This document shows positions 27,973-37,716 of a DNA stretch of 64,000 nt, piece by piece. How positions within the stretch are numbered: position 1 is the first letter of the stretch; every line of letters starts with the position of its first letter. The notes beneath the pieces are model-generated. The model did not search any database and was not told the DNA's origin. It was given only the letters and a program-made list of their open reading frames with translations. Source of the stretch: a virus; IMG/VR virus record IMGVR_UViG_3300031758_000036, positions 21,757-85,756 of that record, one strand, 5' to 3'. The position numbers and the translations under genes are program-made.

Positions 27973-29750
27973 CGCTTGGTCCGGGAGCTTTTGATCACAT
28001 CAATATTCTGCATGGTATCGTCGTTCTTCAGGCTTGCCGTCTGGTAATCCAATTGTATTAGCGACATGTCGACAAACCCTTGAACAGTGGTGATTTGTTC
28101 ATTCGGTGGCGCACCTTCCCAGAAAGCTTGCCTGCCGCGTACCTTAGAATGCCAAACCTCTAGTTTTCGGTCAGACGGTTCTCCTTCCTTTTGTTTTTGC
28201 TTTCGGACGAGCCAGACAACATGGGACACATGCGATAGAGCATCGGTACCACGTATCTGGTCAAGTTCTGGTGGCTTTGGTTGGGCTTTGACATCATCTT
28301 GCTCGCGCTTAATGCCAACCGTATTCATTTGCGCTAACACGAACAGATCGATGTCCAGCTCCTTGGCTGCCGTCATTAACTTGTAAGCCCTCTCCTCAAG
28401 CATTGCTGCGCCATCCCTGGCGGCATTCTTGTGCCTGGACAGGACATGGAAGTGATCCAATACGACAGCCCTCAGCTCTGGGTTCTTCGCTTTCATTGTA
28501 CGCATTGAATTAACAACGGTATCAACGCAAGCACCCCACGGCGCTTCAATGATCAGTTTCCCGCCAGATTCTTGATACTTGAATGCCAATGTTCCAAGTA
28601 AGTTTGTAACTTTTTCTTTGTCTTCAATACTGGGCACAAGTAGCTCGCCAACAGTAACGTAACCTATCCTGTCGGTACTTGAACGCCAGTGATATCCATG
28701 CTTTGCCAATACCTTTCTGCTGAGTGAGGCAAGCAAACGTGCTTCTATTTGAGCGTAATCAAGCTCTGCTGATATGAACCCAACTGATAAACCTTTACTA
28801 CATAACGCTGTTGCTATTTGGCAGCCCAGAGCAGTTTTCCCAACACTGGTCCTGGCAGCCAGGGTGAACAAGCGGCCGCCACAAGCTTGGTTCATCCTAG
28901 GGAAGGAAACGCCGCCCTCAATGTCCAGGTCGATTGCGTCTATGCCCGTAGATGCAGGCCTGTTCACCTCAGAGTAATTCATTACCCTATCGATCCAGTT
29001 CTGGCGTTGCACACCAGGATCACCAATAATGACATCCAGCAGTCCGATCGACTGGCCCTGGTTGCCGATGGTGCCACGCATCATTCCGACGCCTTCCATG
29101 GCACGTTGTTGCAGGTATTCCAATGCCTCTTCAAGCTTTGTATCTGCCTTGATGTTTTGCTTGGCATTATGCAATGTCTCTAAGTACAATGCACGCACCC
29201 TGACCTGTTTCAGTACGTCAAGAGCTGTATCCCATTCGGTTTTCACATCGCCGTATGATTCAAGTACGTCTGGTTCCGAAAGTTCCGTAATGGTCTGATT
29301 GAAGTCAATTATGGATACACTTCGTGACGCATTGTTTAAATTAGTGTAACTTGCAATCAAGGATTCTCTCGATATCAATTGGTTGGATCGCTGTCCGATA
29401 AAAGTTAGATCAATTTCCTTTGCGATAGCACGAAATCTATCGTCGGACCACAGGGACAGTGGGACCAGTTGACCATGACCGATTCCAAAACCAGTCCTGA
29501 GTTCACCCCATAGCTCTCTGGCCAGCCCAGCAGGGGACGCCAGGGTGCGACCAAGGACGATAGCTTCTTGGGTCAGGGTATCCTCCCTGTCCTGAACGCT
29601 TGTTGGCTGCAACTTGTCAACAATCCGAGCAACATCCATTGCTCGTTCGATTGCCGGCTGATTGCAGCCAGTAATCTTTTCTCCATCGGTTTCAAGCAGC
29701 CCGAGATCAACTGCCTTTTGCAAGTAGAAGGGTAATGTCACGGCTATCAA
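27969..29750 (-). CDS. dnaB: DnaB-like replicative helicase
   Basis: Walker A ARTSVGKT, FISAEL, VVLDHFH, AKELDIDLFVLAQMN, IRGTDAL. Confidence 0.85.
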   Translation of the reverse strand: MIAVTLPFYLQKAVDLGLLETDGEKITGCNQPAIERAMDVARIVDKLQPTSVQDREDTLTQEAIVLGRTLASPAGLARELWGELRTGFGIGHGQLVPLSLWSDDRFRAIAKEIDLTFIGQRSNQLISRESLIASYTNLNNASRSVSIIDFNQTITELSEPDVLESYGDVKTEWDTALDVLKQVRVRALYLETLHNAKQNIKADTKLEEALEYLQQRAMEGVGMMRGTIGNQGQSIGLLDVIIGDPGVQRQNWIDRVMNYSEVNRPASTGIDAIDLDIEGGVSFPRMNQACGGRLFTLAARTSVGKTALGCQIATALCSKGLSVGFISAELDYAQIEARLLASLSRKVLAKHGYHWRSSTDRIGYVTVGELLVPSIEDKEKVTNLLGTLAFKYQESGGKLIIEAPWGACVDTVVNSMRTMKAKNPELRAVVLDHFHVLSRHKNAARDGAAMLEERAYKLMTAAKELDIDLFVLAQMNTVGIKREQDDVKAQPKPPELDQIRGTDALSHVSHVVWLVRKQKQKEGEPSDRKLEVWHSKVRGRQAFWEGAPPNEQITTVQGFVDMSLIQLDYQTASLKNDDTMQNIDVIKSSRTKR

Positions 29751-30739
29751 CCAATCTCGTCATCATAAATCCAGAAACGCTGTCTGCTTGTTTCTGGTTC
29801 TGGTACATCTGTCGGCCATGAACTTAACTGATACTTCATCCTGAATCGTGCCGGGTCAAATCCAGCGTTCCTGATTTCCATTTCTGTTTGAGTAATTCTG
29901 TCGGTTAATGTGCTTACACTGTCGGGATCATTGCGTGTCATGTTATAATACATGTAATGAAGGTTGTCATATTCATCTATTGATTTCCTGAGAGTTGCCG
30001 GTATAACAGTTTCGTCTTGTCGATCTTCTTCTTTTACTGCTCGCGACTTATCGTAGTTTAGCCCTTCGTTGTACAAGTCGTGAACATTTTGATACTTTTT
30101 GGTTTGTGGTTGACCAAGTCCAGTTATACTCTGCAGTGTTTTACTGGTGTTCTGTTTTGACCAGAATGGTGAATGATCGACCCCTGCTTTTAATACCGCA
30201 AAAAAGTTATCGTAATCATGCGGCGTAACGCCAAGAGCGGATATATGCAAATCAACGGCTTTCAGTAATTGAGCGCTGAGGCGATTGATCTTGGAGTAGT
30301 TAGCTGGCCGATACTTATTCCACGCATCTGTCGCATCATCAAAATAGTTGATAACTTCCTTGGGCTTGCGCTCCTTCTTGACAGGTTCCTCGTAGGGGCC
30401 AAGTAAAGACTCTTCTACTATACGCCTGGATTCATCATCTATCTTCCTCAGTTTACGAAGTATCGGCACAGGATCGTGCACTATGATATGCTCAGTAGTT
30501 CCAGATATCAAGCCAAGTTCTCTAAGTTCAACCATACAACGGACTCTAGTGTTTCTGTGTATGCCTATTCTTCTGTCCAGAACTGATTTATCGATTGGGC
30601 CAAATTTAGATTGATTAGCTAAAACAATCCACAGCAACTTACTATTTGCGGTTAGATCATCGCAAAGCAATAGTTCGTATGGCGCCTTGGCATAGACCTT
30701 GGGCTCCCAGTCAGTGTCTTTAGAGACGGCGATCTTCAC
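29747..30739 (-). CDS. Replication initiator-like protein with N-terminal winged HTH
   Basis: LTANSKLLW..IGIHRNTRVRCMVELRELGLI; upstream of helicase and next to iterons; GTG at 30739 preferred as start. Confidence 0.65.
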   Translation of the reverse strand: MKIAVSKDTDWEPKVYAKAPYELLLCDDLTANSKLLWIVLANQSKFGPIDKSVLDRRIGIHRNTRVRCMVELRELGLISGTTEHIIVHDPVPILRKLRKIDDESRRIVEESLLGPYEEPVKKERKPKEVINYFDDATDAWNKYRPANYSKINRLSAQLLKAVDLHISALGVTPHDYDNFFAVLKAGVDHSPFWSKQNTSKTLQSITGLGQPQTKKYQNVHDLYNEGLNYDKSRAVKEEDRQDETVIPATLRKSIDEYDNLHYMYYNMTRNDPDSVSTLTDRITQTEMEIRNAGFDPARFRMKYQLSSWPTDVPEPETSRQRFWIYDDEIG

Positions 30740-30807
30740 GGGACATGGGAGGAACGGTCTCACCTTAGCGAGGGCAGCGGTGGTGGCAACCGATACCCGG
30801 TTAACTT

Positions 30808-31040
30808 TTGTTGCAGCAATCTGCTGATTTTTGCAGCGCTCGCACTGTTTTGCAGCAAAATCACGCTGCATTTTTGTGCAAGGTCACGCTGCGAAATTCA
30901 GCACGCACGCTGCAAAATGCACATCGGTCGGTCCAGGTTACGCTGCAAAACGCAGCACATAAAAGAGTACTCTTAGCTTTAAGCTAGTTATCTACGGTTT
31001 ATGGTTTTACTCTCTTAAAAAAAAGAATAATAAAAAACTA
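30808..31040. repeat. Putative replication origin: CGCTGCAAAA iterons plus AT-rich tract
   Basis: Direct copies at 30862, 30885, 30906, 30939; inverted copies at 30829, 30848; AT-rich 30960-31040; strand-switch point. Confidence 0.7.
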
Positions 31041-31087
31041 TGAAAAAGAAGGCGCGGTGCGCCAGGAGGTGGTTATGGTGGTTAGGG

Positions 31088-31441
31088 ATGGACCAACCCA
31101 TCGGAATGAGACGGAAGAAACCCCTGACACCGACAGAGCAGATCCGGCTCGACGAGGGCTGGGAAGAGATGGGCGAGTCCATTGCCGCGACGATCCTGGT
31201 CGGCGGCCGCACCGCCCAATGGGCCTGGGACTTGCTTGGTCCGCTAGGCTTGTACAAGCGTTGGATGATCGACCTGTGGCTGGAACGGTATCGCCAGGAA
31301 CACCCAGAGGTCGACCGCCCTGTCGGCGAGAGGGCTGATCAGCTCAACCTCAAGCGAAAAGCTTCCAAGAGATCTGTTTTCACCAAGAAAGAGCAGATCC
31401 AGGAAGCTTTAAAAATGCTTAACGAACGAACTAATCACTAA
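31088..31441 (+). CDS. Hypothetical protein
   Basis: First gene of the rightward operon. Confidence 0.5.
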   Translation: MDQPIGMRRKKPLTPTEQIRLDEGWEEMGESIAATILVGGRTAQWAWDLLGPLGLYKRWMIDLWLERYRQEHPEVDRPVGERADQLNLKRKASKRSVFTKKEQIQEALKMLNERTNH

Positions 31442-31465
31442 ACTGCGTTATCAAGTAATCCGACC

Positions 31466-32191
31466 ATGCCCGATTCAATCCCTAATCTCGCCGGCATTGC
31501 AACCAAAGATCTGGTTGAAACTATTGGCGGCGGTAGTTTTAAGGCTAGTTACATCAACTGGGCTCGGACCTTTAACCTGCTGCATGAGCATGCACCCGGT
31601 TGGTGCCTTGAGATCATGACTGCGCCCGATGGAGGCCAGGTCTTTCGTGCTCCTGGTAACGGCGGTTACCTGATGCTGCGCTTCGTTCATTTGGACGGGA
31701 CTGTGCTACCAGAAGTCCCCCAAGCAATCATGGACACCCGTAACCAGCCGATTGCTTTCGATAAGATCAGCGCCCGTGATGTGACAGACACTCATCGTCG
31801 CGGTGGCTGCATGGCGGCTGCTATGACATTTGGCTTGGCACATGAGCTGTGGGCCAAGATGCCACTGGAGAGCGGCTACGCGGGCCAGGAGGCTGCTGGG
31901 GTAGCAGTGGCGCCACCGGCCTCCACAGGCGCCTCCAAGGCCCCTCTGCAGGTTGATCCGCAGCCAACCATGGAAGACTTCCTGGAGGCCTGTCTGGGGA
32001 AAGGATTGACCACTCTGGCTGCTGACAAATTGATTAATGTGATCGGTGACAATTATGCAGGCGCGTTGAAGACACTTGCCAGCAAAACGCCTGAATGGAT
32101 TGCTGAGCAAAACGCTCAAGCCGAACCCGCCCCAAAGCCCGCGAAGACCACAGCGAAGAAGTCGACGAAACCGGACCCGAGCGACTATTAA
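31466..32191 (+). CDS. Sak3/DUF1071-like single-strand annealing protein
   Basis: SYINWART, AIMDTRNQPI..DVTDTHRR..FGLAHELW. Confidence 0.75.
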   Translation: MPDSIPNLAGIATKDLVETIGGGSFKASYINWARTFNLLHEHAPGWCLEIMTAPDGGQVFRAPGNGGYLMLRFVHLDGTVLPEVPQAIMDTRNQPIAFDKISARDVTDTHRRGGCMAAAMTFGLAHELWAKMPLESGYAGQEAAGVAVAPPASTGASKAPLQVDPQPTMEDFLEACLGKGLTTLAADKLINVIGDNYAGALKTLASKTPEWIAEQNAQAEPAPKPAKTTAKKSTKPDPSDY

Positions 32192-32308
32192 ACAAAAATG
32201 AATTTCCCAGGCTCCTTGATCCGCAAGATCAACCTGCTGTCCCATTTATCGATTGGGCTACGTCCAGGTTTGCTGAGGCTTTCAGCGGAGCTATCATAAG
32301 AAACTATG

Positions 32309-32331
32309 AAGGGCCTGTCTAAGGCCCTTTT
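32309..32331 (+). terminator. Hairpin/terminator
   Basis: AAGGGCC-TGTCTAA-GGCCCTT plus T tract. Confidence 0.55.
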
Positions 32332-32363
32332 ATCGTCTAACCTGAATTGACTTTCAGCAGGCC

Positions 32364-33164
32364 ATGGCTCCCATTATCACAACGGACGAAATCACGTTTT
32401 GGATGAATGCAGCGGGAAGCAAGCCAATTCTGTCCAAGGATGAAGTCTGCTTAATTGCACGTAAGATTCGCTCCTCCGAGCCTGGCAGTTTAGCCTATAA
32501 GCGTTGTGTGAATAAATTGGTTGCACACAACCTGAGATTGGTTATTCGATCTGTTCATTTGCATATGGGCAGTAAAACACGCAAGAATTGGGGCGGCGTC
32601 GAAACACTTGACTTTCTCCAGGCCGGTGCGCTAGGGCTAATCAGAGCGGCAGAAAAATATGATCCTGAGATGGGATATACGTTTGCTACATACGCAACGT
32701 TCTGGATTCGTTCCGCCATTGGTCGATATGGGATTAAGGCATCCAGCATCTTTCACATACCAGAGAACGCGTGCAGAGATGCTTATGCTTTTGAGAAGCA
32801 TGGATTTATCAGGAAGAAGTCAAAAGAAGAAAGTATGCATCTGACGCAAATGGTGCGTTCGGCACAGTCCGCTATTTCGATTGATGCTCCAATAAGAGAA
32901 AACGCCGACATATCCATTGTCGACGCAATTGAAAGCACTTATGCCCCGCCCCATTCAGGCCAGGGCCGCTTCTCCCCAGAAATGGAGGAAGCTATGAAGA
33001 TCGCTAATCTGACAGCAGATCAAGTCCTGATTTTGGAATGGACTTTTATTGATGAAATGAAAGTCAAAGACATTATTAAAATGACGGACATGACCAAGAA
33101 TCAGGTCTGCCACCTCCGCAAAACCGCTCTGCATAAGCTCAAGTTAGCAATGGTTGCGGTATAA
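32364..33164 (+). CDS. Sigma70-family sigma factor, RpoD/group 2-like
   Basis: Region 1.2-like N-terminus; NLRLVI..DFLQAGALGLIRAAEKYDPEMGYTFATYATFWIRSAI; region 4-like C-terminus. Confidence 0.9.
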   Translation: MAPIITTDEITFWMNAAGSKPILSKDEVCLIARKIRSSEPGSLAYKRCVNKLVAHNLRLVIRSVHLHMGSKTRKNWGGVETLDFLQAGALGLIRAAEKYDPEMGYTFATYATFWIRSAIGRYGIKASSIFHIPENACRDAYAFEKHGFIRKKSKEESMHLTQMVRSAQSAISIDAPIRENADISIVDAIESTYAPPHSGQGRFSPEMEEAMKIANLTADQVLILEWTFIDEMKVKDIIKMTDMTKNQVCHLRKTALHKLKLAMVAV

Positions 33165-33189
33165 TGTATTGTAAACCCTAACGGGAACA

Positions 33190-33543
33190 ATGGCTACTAT
33201 TAGTATTGCAGGTACTGTGACCGGTCGACCCGGAGAGTCTCCTGTCACCGTAAAAACTTTTGAAAACGGCGATAGCGTTGCTAGCTTCTCTGTGGCAGAT
33301 CGGGCATATGTCTATTCTAAGCCCGGTTCGGAACGCCAGGGACAATTCTATCGTTGTGAAGTGCGTGGTAAGGCCGCTGAAATCGTAATCGAACGCATCA
33401 AACGCGGCGACAAGGTCGGCGTGTCTGGGCAGCTCATTCAGCGAATGTCTAACGAGAAACTGTTTCTTGATGTAAAAAATGCATCGGTTACGTTCCTTGA
33501 AGATAACCCGAATCGACCCCAAGGGGGCGAAGTGCCTTTCTAA
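33190..33543 (+). CDS. ssb: Single-stranded DNA-binding protein
   Basis: VASFSVA..FYRCEVRGKAAE..KRGDKVGVSGQL; C-terminal EVPF. Confidence 0.9.
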   Translation: MATISIAGTVTGRPGESPVTVKTFENGDSVASFSVADRAYVYSKPGSERQGQFYRCEVRGKAAEIVIERIKRGDKVGVSGQLIQRMSNEKLFLDVKNASVTFLEDNPNRPQGGEVPF

Positions 33544-33581
33544 GGCACCCTAGACTTAAACAAGGACGGCCAGGCGCATGC

Positions 33582-34073
33582 TTGGCCGTTTCTATTCTTG
33601 GGTCACGGGCAATGGTGAATTGTTTAAGAATTGACGAGATTGCTCCAGGTGCGTGCGGTCTTCTGATTGACGAGATGCCGCTCCTAACCGTGTCGCATGT
33701 CAAGCCGTACATTGTTGCGGTATTACTGCATAGGGGCGCTGTGCGGGTTACAGAGGTCACTCCTGGCCTTGTGCCGCACTGCAGCCCGTCAGACCTAAAG
33801 GTAGGCGGCTGGGATCCTTTTGAAGAGGATTACTGCGAAGAAATTACCAGGATGGAAAAAGTCGTAGAAGACGCTCTTGGTGAGTTCGTTTCAGATGGAT
33901 TGCTTCGCTATAATGAAGAGCAAGATCTGTGGGTGCTGACTGCTGATCGTTTGCCGACGATAGTTTCTTGGGTTACCTCCCTTGGCGCAAAGTTGCCCCA
34001 GCATCTTTCGCTTGAACTTAGTCGGCAGCAATCAAATCGGATACCCGACTATATTGAGTATCATTCGGCTTAA
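33582..34073 (+). CDS. Hypothetical protein
   Basis: ORF in operon; start may be ATG at 33612. Confidence 0.5.
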   Translation: MAVSILGSRAMVNCLRIDEIAPGACGLLIDEMPLLTVSHVKPYIVAVLLHRGAVRVTEVTPGLVPHCSPSDLKVGGWDPFEEDYCEEITRMEKVVEDALGEFVSDGLLRYNEEQDLWVLTADRLPTIVSWVTSLGAKLPQHLSLELSRQQSNRIPDYIEYHSA

Positions 34074-34081
34074 TTGCGCAA

Positions 34082-34315
34082 ATGACTAAAAGCAGTAAAG
34101 GTCAGCTAACGGAAGGTCAAAGATTAGCGCGGCCGCCTTTCCCTCTTCCTTTGTTTGTAAGAGGAGCAAAAGTACAGGTATACCTGGGTGCTGGCTGGAG
34201 CACTGGCAGTGTTGTCAGCAGTCATCAAGACCGGTGTCAAGTAACACTGATAACTGGCAATAGGACTATTACCGTTACTGACGCAAGGTCTATTCGTTCT
34301 CACCATAATGAGTGA
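34082..34315 (+). CDS. Small SH3/Tudor-like hypothetical protein
   Basis: GAKVQV..WSTGSVV pattern. Confidence 0.45.
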   Translation: MTKSSKGQLTEGQRLARPPFPLPLFVRGAKVQVYLGAGWSTGSVVSSHQDRCQVTLITGNRTITVTDARSIRSHHNE

Positions 34316-34748
34316 TACTCAACTCAGGATCGCGCATACATGCGACTCGATCAAAGACTTACTGTTAGACAAAAATGCTAAATATGGCGATTCGGCACTG
34401 AATCCAACAAGGGTGTTCAGCAAGTTAGGGCCAGTCGAACAATTGTATGTTCGCATTGATGACAAGTTATCGCGAATTTCAAAGGGAGCTGGACTGCTAG
34501 CGACTGATGAAGATGTCATTAATGACCTCATTGGTTACTTAGTGCTGCTAAAAATTGCACTACAGGATGATGCGTTTGCCCGCGTCAAGGGTGAACCATG
34601 GGATATTGAAGATGAACAATGGGATGGAACCGATGTTGAGCCAATCTCATTTGGGAAGACTCCAATTGCAAGTCATGTCAATGACAGCCCAAGGTTAAAT
34701 GACACCGATTGGTTTGACATGTATGCAGCAGGAGACAAGTTCGCCTGA
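34308..34748 (+). CDS. DUF1599/Nmad1-like (MazG-fold) nucleotide-modification-associated protein
   Basis: KNAKYGDS..VRIDDKLSRI..DLIGYLVL. Confidence 0.75.
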   Translation: MSDTQLRIAHTCDSIKDLLLDKNAKYGDSALNPTRVFSKLGPVEQLYVRIDDKLSRISKGAGLLATDEDVINDLIGYLVLLKIALQDDAFARVKGEPWDIEDEQWDGTDVEPISFGKTPIASHVNDSPRLNDTDWFDMYAAGDKFA

Positions 34749-35103
34749 TTACATACTGGTAATCAAAAGGCCTTTGTTTTCAAAAGCAAGGCCACGGCTT
34801 ACTAGGACTGGGCACGCATTTATGCCACCGGCATACAAGTTAGCTCAGGCTGAAATGCGAAAGCAAATTAAAGAGCAATGGACCAAGGGGCCGCTAGAGG
34901 GCCCCATTTCATTGTCGATAATGATAAAAGGAGAAGGTCGAGGAGATACAGACAACATAGCAGGAGCCTTCATGGATACGGCACAAGGGGTTCTATGGTT
35001 GGACGACAGGGTAACGGTCATCCCTCAGCTATCTATCTCCTGGCAGAAGGCCCCCAAGGCGGAATCTGAGTGGATCATCCACATTAGGCACTTGCACGTA
35101 TAA
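34699..35103 (+). CDS. rusA: RusA-like Holliday junction resolvase
   Basis: KARPR..GDTDNIAGAFMD..WLDDR. Confidence 0.8.
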   Translation: MTPIGLTCMQQETSSPDYILVIKRPLFSKARPRLTRTGHAFMPPAYKLAQAEMRKQIKEQWTKGPLEGPISLSIMIKGEGRGDTDNIAGAFMDTAQGVLWLDDRVTVIPQLSISWQKAPKAESEWIIHIRHLHV

Positions 35104-35124
35104 TGTGGATCATGCGTTACACTG

Positions 35125-35976
35125 ATGGCTGCAGTAGCCTACAATCAGCCTGATTATCAGTACAGAAGGGAATCGGGAGAAAACCAGAGTTATTTAAAGA
35201 ATATCCTGGTAAGCCCTGCTCATTACAAAGCTTCAAAGAAAAGGCGCTTTTTCCCTACCATTAACATGGAAATAGGGTCTGCTTTGCATTGCCTTGTACT
35301 GGAGGGTGAGGAAGAATTCAGTAAAAGATATGTAATGAAACCCGAAGATATTGCCTTAAACACAAAAGAAGGAAAAGAATGGAAAGCAGCGCAAACACAT
35401 AAAACAATATTGACTAATACTGAAAAAGAACGAGCATGGGATAGCGTGCATGGAATGGCAAATTCTTTGTCTAAACTTGATTGGTTTAATCAAGATTTGC
35501 CAGATTATCGTAAGTACAACGAGTTATCTATTTACTGGGAAGCGGATGGCATAGAATGCAAAGGCAGGCTTGATCGACTCGTTGATATGGGCGATCATTT
35601 ACTGGTACTCGATCTGAAGACAACTGATTCTGTCGAATATAATACGTTTGTGAAGAAGTTAGTAGGAGGCATGAATTACTTATTCCAATCAGCATGGTAT
35701 TCAGAGGCGGCGAGCCTGGCGTATGATAAGCCCTGCAAATTTGTATTTGCTGCTATCGAAAGAACGGAACCTTGGACGTTGGCTCTGTTTGAGATATCCG
35801 ACGAGATGATGGAGGAGGGGAACCGGCAGATCAAGCGTGCGCGGCAACTATTAAAGAAATCCTTAGACACTAAGGAGTGGCCTAGCCCAGATGTGCGTTA
35901 TAATGTATTGAGCCTGCCAAAGTGGTACCAGTCACCAGTGGCGGATTATCATCCAGAATTTGAGGACTTGTTCTGA
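35125..35976 (+). CDS. RecE/exonuclease VIII-like PD-(D/E)XK nuclease
   Basis: GSALHCLVLE, CKGRLD..DLKTT, YLFQSAWY. Confidence 0.85.
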   Translation: MAAVAYNQPDYQYRRESGENQSYLKNILVSPAHYKASKKRRFFPTINMEIGSALHCLVLEGEEEFSKRYVMKPEDIALNTKEGKEWKAAQTHKTILTNTEKERAWDSVHGMANSLSKLDWFNQDLPDYRKYNELSIYWEADGIECKGRLDRLVDMGDHLLVLDLKTTDSVEYNTFVKKLVGGMNYLFQSAWYSEAASLAYDKPCKFVFAAIERTEPWTLALFEISDEMMEEGNRQIKRARQLLKKSLDTKEWPSPDVRYNVLSLPKWYQSPVADYHPEFEDLF

Positions 35977-36179
35977 TGTCACGAAACGATACCAGTACTG
36001 GATCTGGTGGAATCGGATTTTGTGGGCTACTAACAGTTTTATTTGTTGGCCTGAAACTGACCGGATACATTGGCTGGCCTTGGGTTTGGGTCATTTCTCC
36101 TTTATGGATCCCGCTAGCCCTTGTTTTGGCACTGGCAGCGATTGCTGGCATCGTTTATCTGTTTGTTTCTGGTAAATAA
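35976..36179 (+). CDS. Small membrane protein
   Basis: LKLTGYIGWPWVWVISPLW family. Confidence 0.7.
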   Translation: MSRNDTSTGSGGIGFCGLLTVLFVGLKLTGYIGWPWVWVISPLWIPLALVLALAAIAGIVYLFVSGK

Positions 36180-36181
36180 TC

Positions 36182-36859
36182 ATGCACGATGCAAAATTAG
36201 TTGCTCTTACTCAAGGAGCGGAAGAGCACGCCTTGAAACATGCTCAAGAAATCATTATGTACGTTGCCCGTGTTAGCAATCCTTCTAATCAGGATAGCAG
36301 TAATACTGGGCTGCTGAAATATTGTATCAGGGAAAAGCATTGGTCAATTTTTGAAATGGCTAATATGGTCCTGGAAATCAACACAACCAGGGCGATTAGT
36401 CCACAAATTTTGCGTCATCGTTCTTTTTCGTTTCAGGAATTTTCGCAACGCTATGCCACTATTGACAGTTTAAGCGCCTCAATTCCATTACCAGATTTGC
36501 GGCGACAGGATACCAAAAATCGCCAAGCAAGTCATGATGACCTTGACGAGGATCTGAAGCGTGATCTTCAAGCTAATATTGATAACCTTTACGAGCACGC
36601 AAATGATGTATATCAACTACTGCTTCAGAAGGATGTAGCAAAAGAGTGCGCGAGGGAAGTCCTGCCGATTGGTTCGCCAACAAGGCTATATATGAATGGC
36701 ACCCTCAGGAGCTGGATTACATATATTGCGCTCCGAGAAAAAAATGGAACACAACTTGAGCATCAAATGATTGCAAAGTCTTGCAAACAAATATTTTGCA
36801 AGCATCATCCGATTATTGGCAATGCCCTCGGTGGTGTCGATACGCCGTGGGAAATCTAA
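36182..36859 (+). CDS. thyX: Flavin-dependent thymidylate synthase
   Basis: HWSIFE, QILRHRSFSFQEFSQRY, ECAREVLP, TQLEH. Confidence 0.95.
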   Translation: MHDAKLVALTQGAEEHALKHAQEIIMYVARVSNPSNQDSSNTGLLKYCIREKHWSIFEMANMVLEINTTRAISPQILRHRSFSFQEFSQRYATIDSLSASIPLPDLRRQDTKNRQASHDDLDEDLKRDLQANIDNLYEHANDVYQLLLQKDVAKECAREVLPIGSPTRLYMNGTLRSWITYIALREKNGTQLEHQMIAKSCKQIFCKHHPIIGNALGGVDTPWEI

Positions 36860-36875
36860 GTATCAGGGATTGATC

Positions 36876-37514
36876 ATGTCAGAATCTTTGGATCAATCAG
36901 GCTGGCCTGAGTCTAAACCAATAAAAGGAGAGGCTGGTCCAATTTATGGTTTTAGGCGCGGTTATCGTGTCAGCCAGTCCGGTCGACACGAAAACGCCGA
37001 TCAATACGGTTGCTTCCAGAAGTTCTTATTGCTACAGGGAGGCAGGACTTTTAAGGCTCTTGAATCGATAACGGGACATGCTGTACCTACCCTATCTAGC
37101 TGGTCTGATATATTCAACTGGCAGCGCCGTGCAGCCGCCTATGATAAAGATCAATTGGCGATCGTCTGGAAGGAAGCAGAGAAATTCCAAAAAAACTCCC
37201 ATCGAGACGCAATTGTAGAATTTAGGGAGTCATCTGAGCGTCAAGCCAGGATGATGGCCAGAGTTTCGGAAGACTTGCTGCGTGTTCTGGGTAAGCGCAT
37301 AGCAAAGGCCGAGGACGAGGGAGAAGAGGTGCCAATGGCCCTAGTCTCTGGCCTGCTTAAGGCCGCCGCTAGTATTAGCGAGCAGTCTCGTCAATCCTGG
37401 GCCAACTCGCTGGGCATTAATGAAATGCTAGAAATGGTTGATGAAGAGATGAACAAAGTAAACATTGAAGATGTCACTGATGTCGACGCCTACGAAATTC
37501 CAATCGATGAATAA
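36876..37514 (+). CDS. Terminase small subunit
   Basis: WSDIFNWQRRAAAYD motif; helical; upstream of TerL. Confidence 0.65.
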   Translation: MSESLDQSGWPESKPIKGEAGPIYGFRRGYRVSQSGRHENADQYGCFQKFLLLQGGRTFKALESITGHAVPTLSSWSDIFNWQRRAAAYDKDQLAIVWKEAEKFQKNSHRDAIVEFRESSERQARMMARVSEDLLRVLGKRIAKAEDEGEEVPMALVSGLLKAAASISEQSRQSWANSLGINEMLEMVDEEMNKVNIEDVTDVDAYEIPIDE

Positions 37515-37716
37515 ATTTCCTGATCCAAATTTCCCTCTAATCGTAACAGAAGAGGAGGATGGCTCGTTTACACTGGAGTGGGATGACCTTCATCCTATTA
37601 CATCTGTTTTCAATAACTATACGGAGCAAGACTTTATCGACATGCTGACCGCTGGAGCAATCGATACCCTACAGGACAATGAAGAATTAGATGCATCAAA
37701 ACAGGTTGAAGACTGA
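37507..37716 (+). CDS. Small acidic hypothetical protein
   Basis: EEEDGSFTLEWD family; overlaps both neighbours. Confidence 0.55.
   Translation: MNKFPDPNFPLIVTEEEDGSFTLEWDDLHPITSVFNNYTEQDFIDMLTAGAIDTLQDNEELDASKQVED

Noticed and set aside
30740-30871. N-terminal 44 codons of the 374-aa minus-strand ORF
   Set aside because: Runs through the iteron array and looks non-coding; GTG at 30739 is the more plausible start
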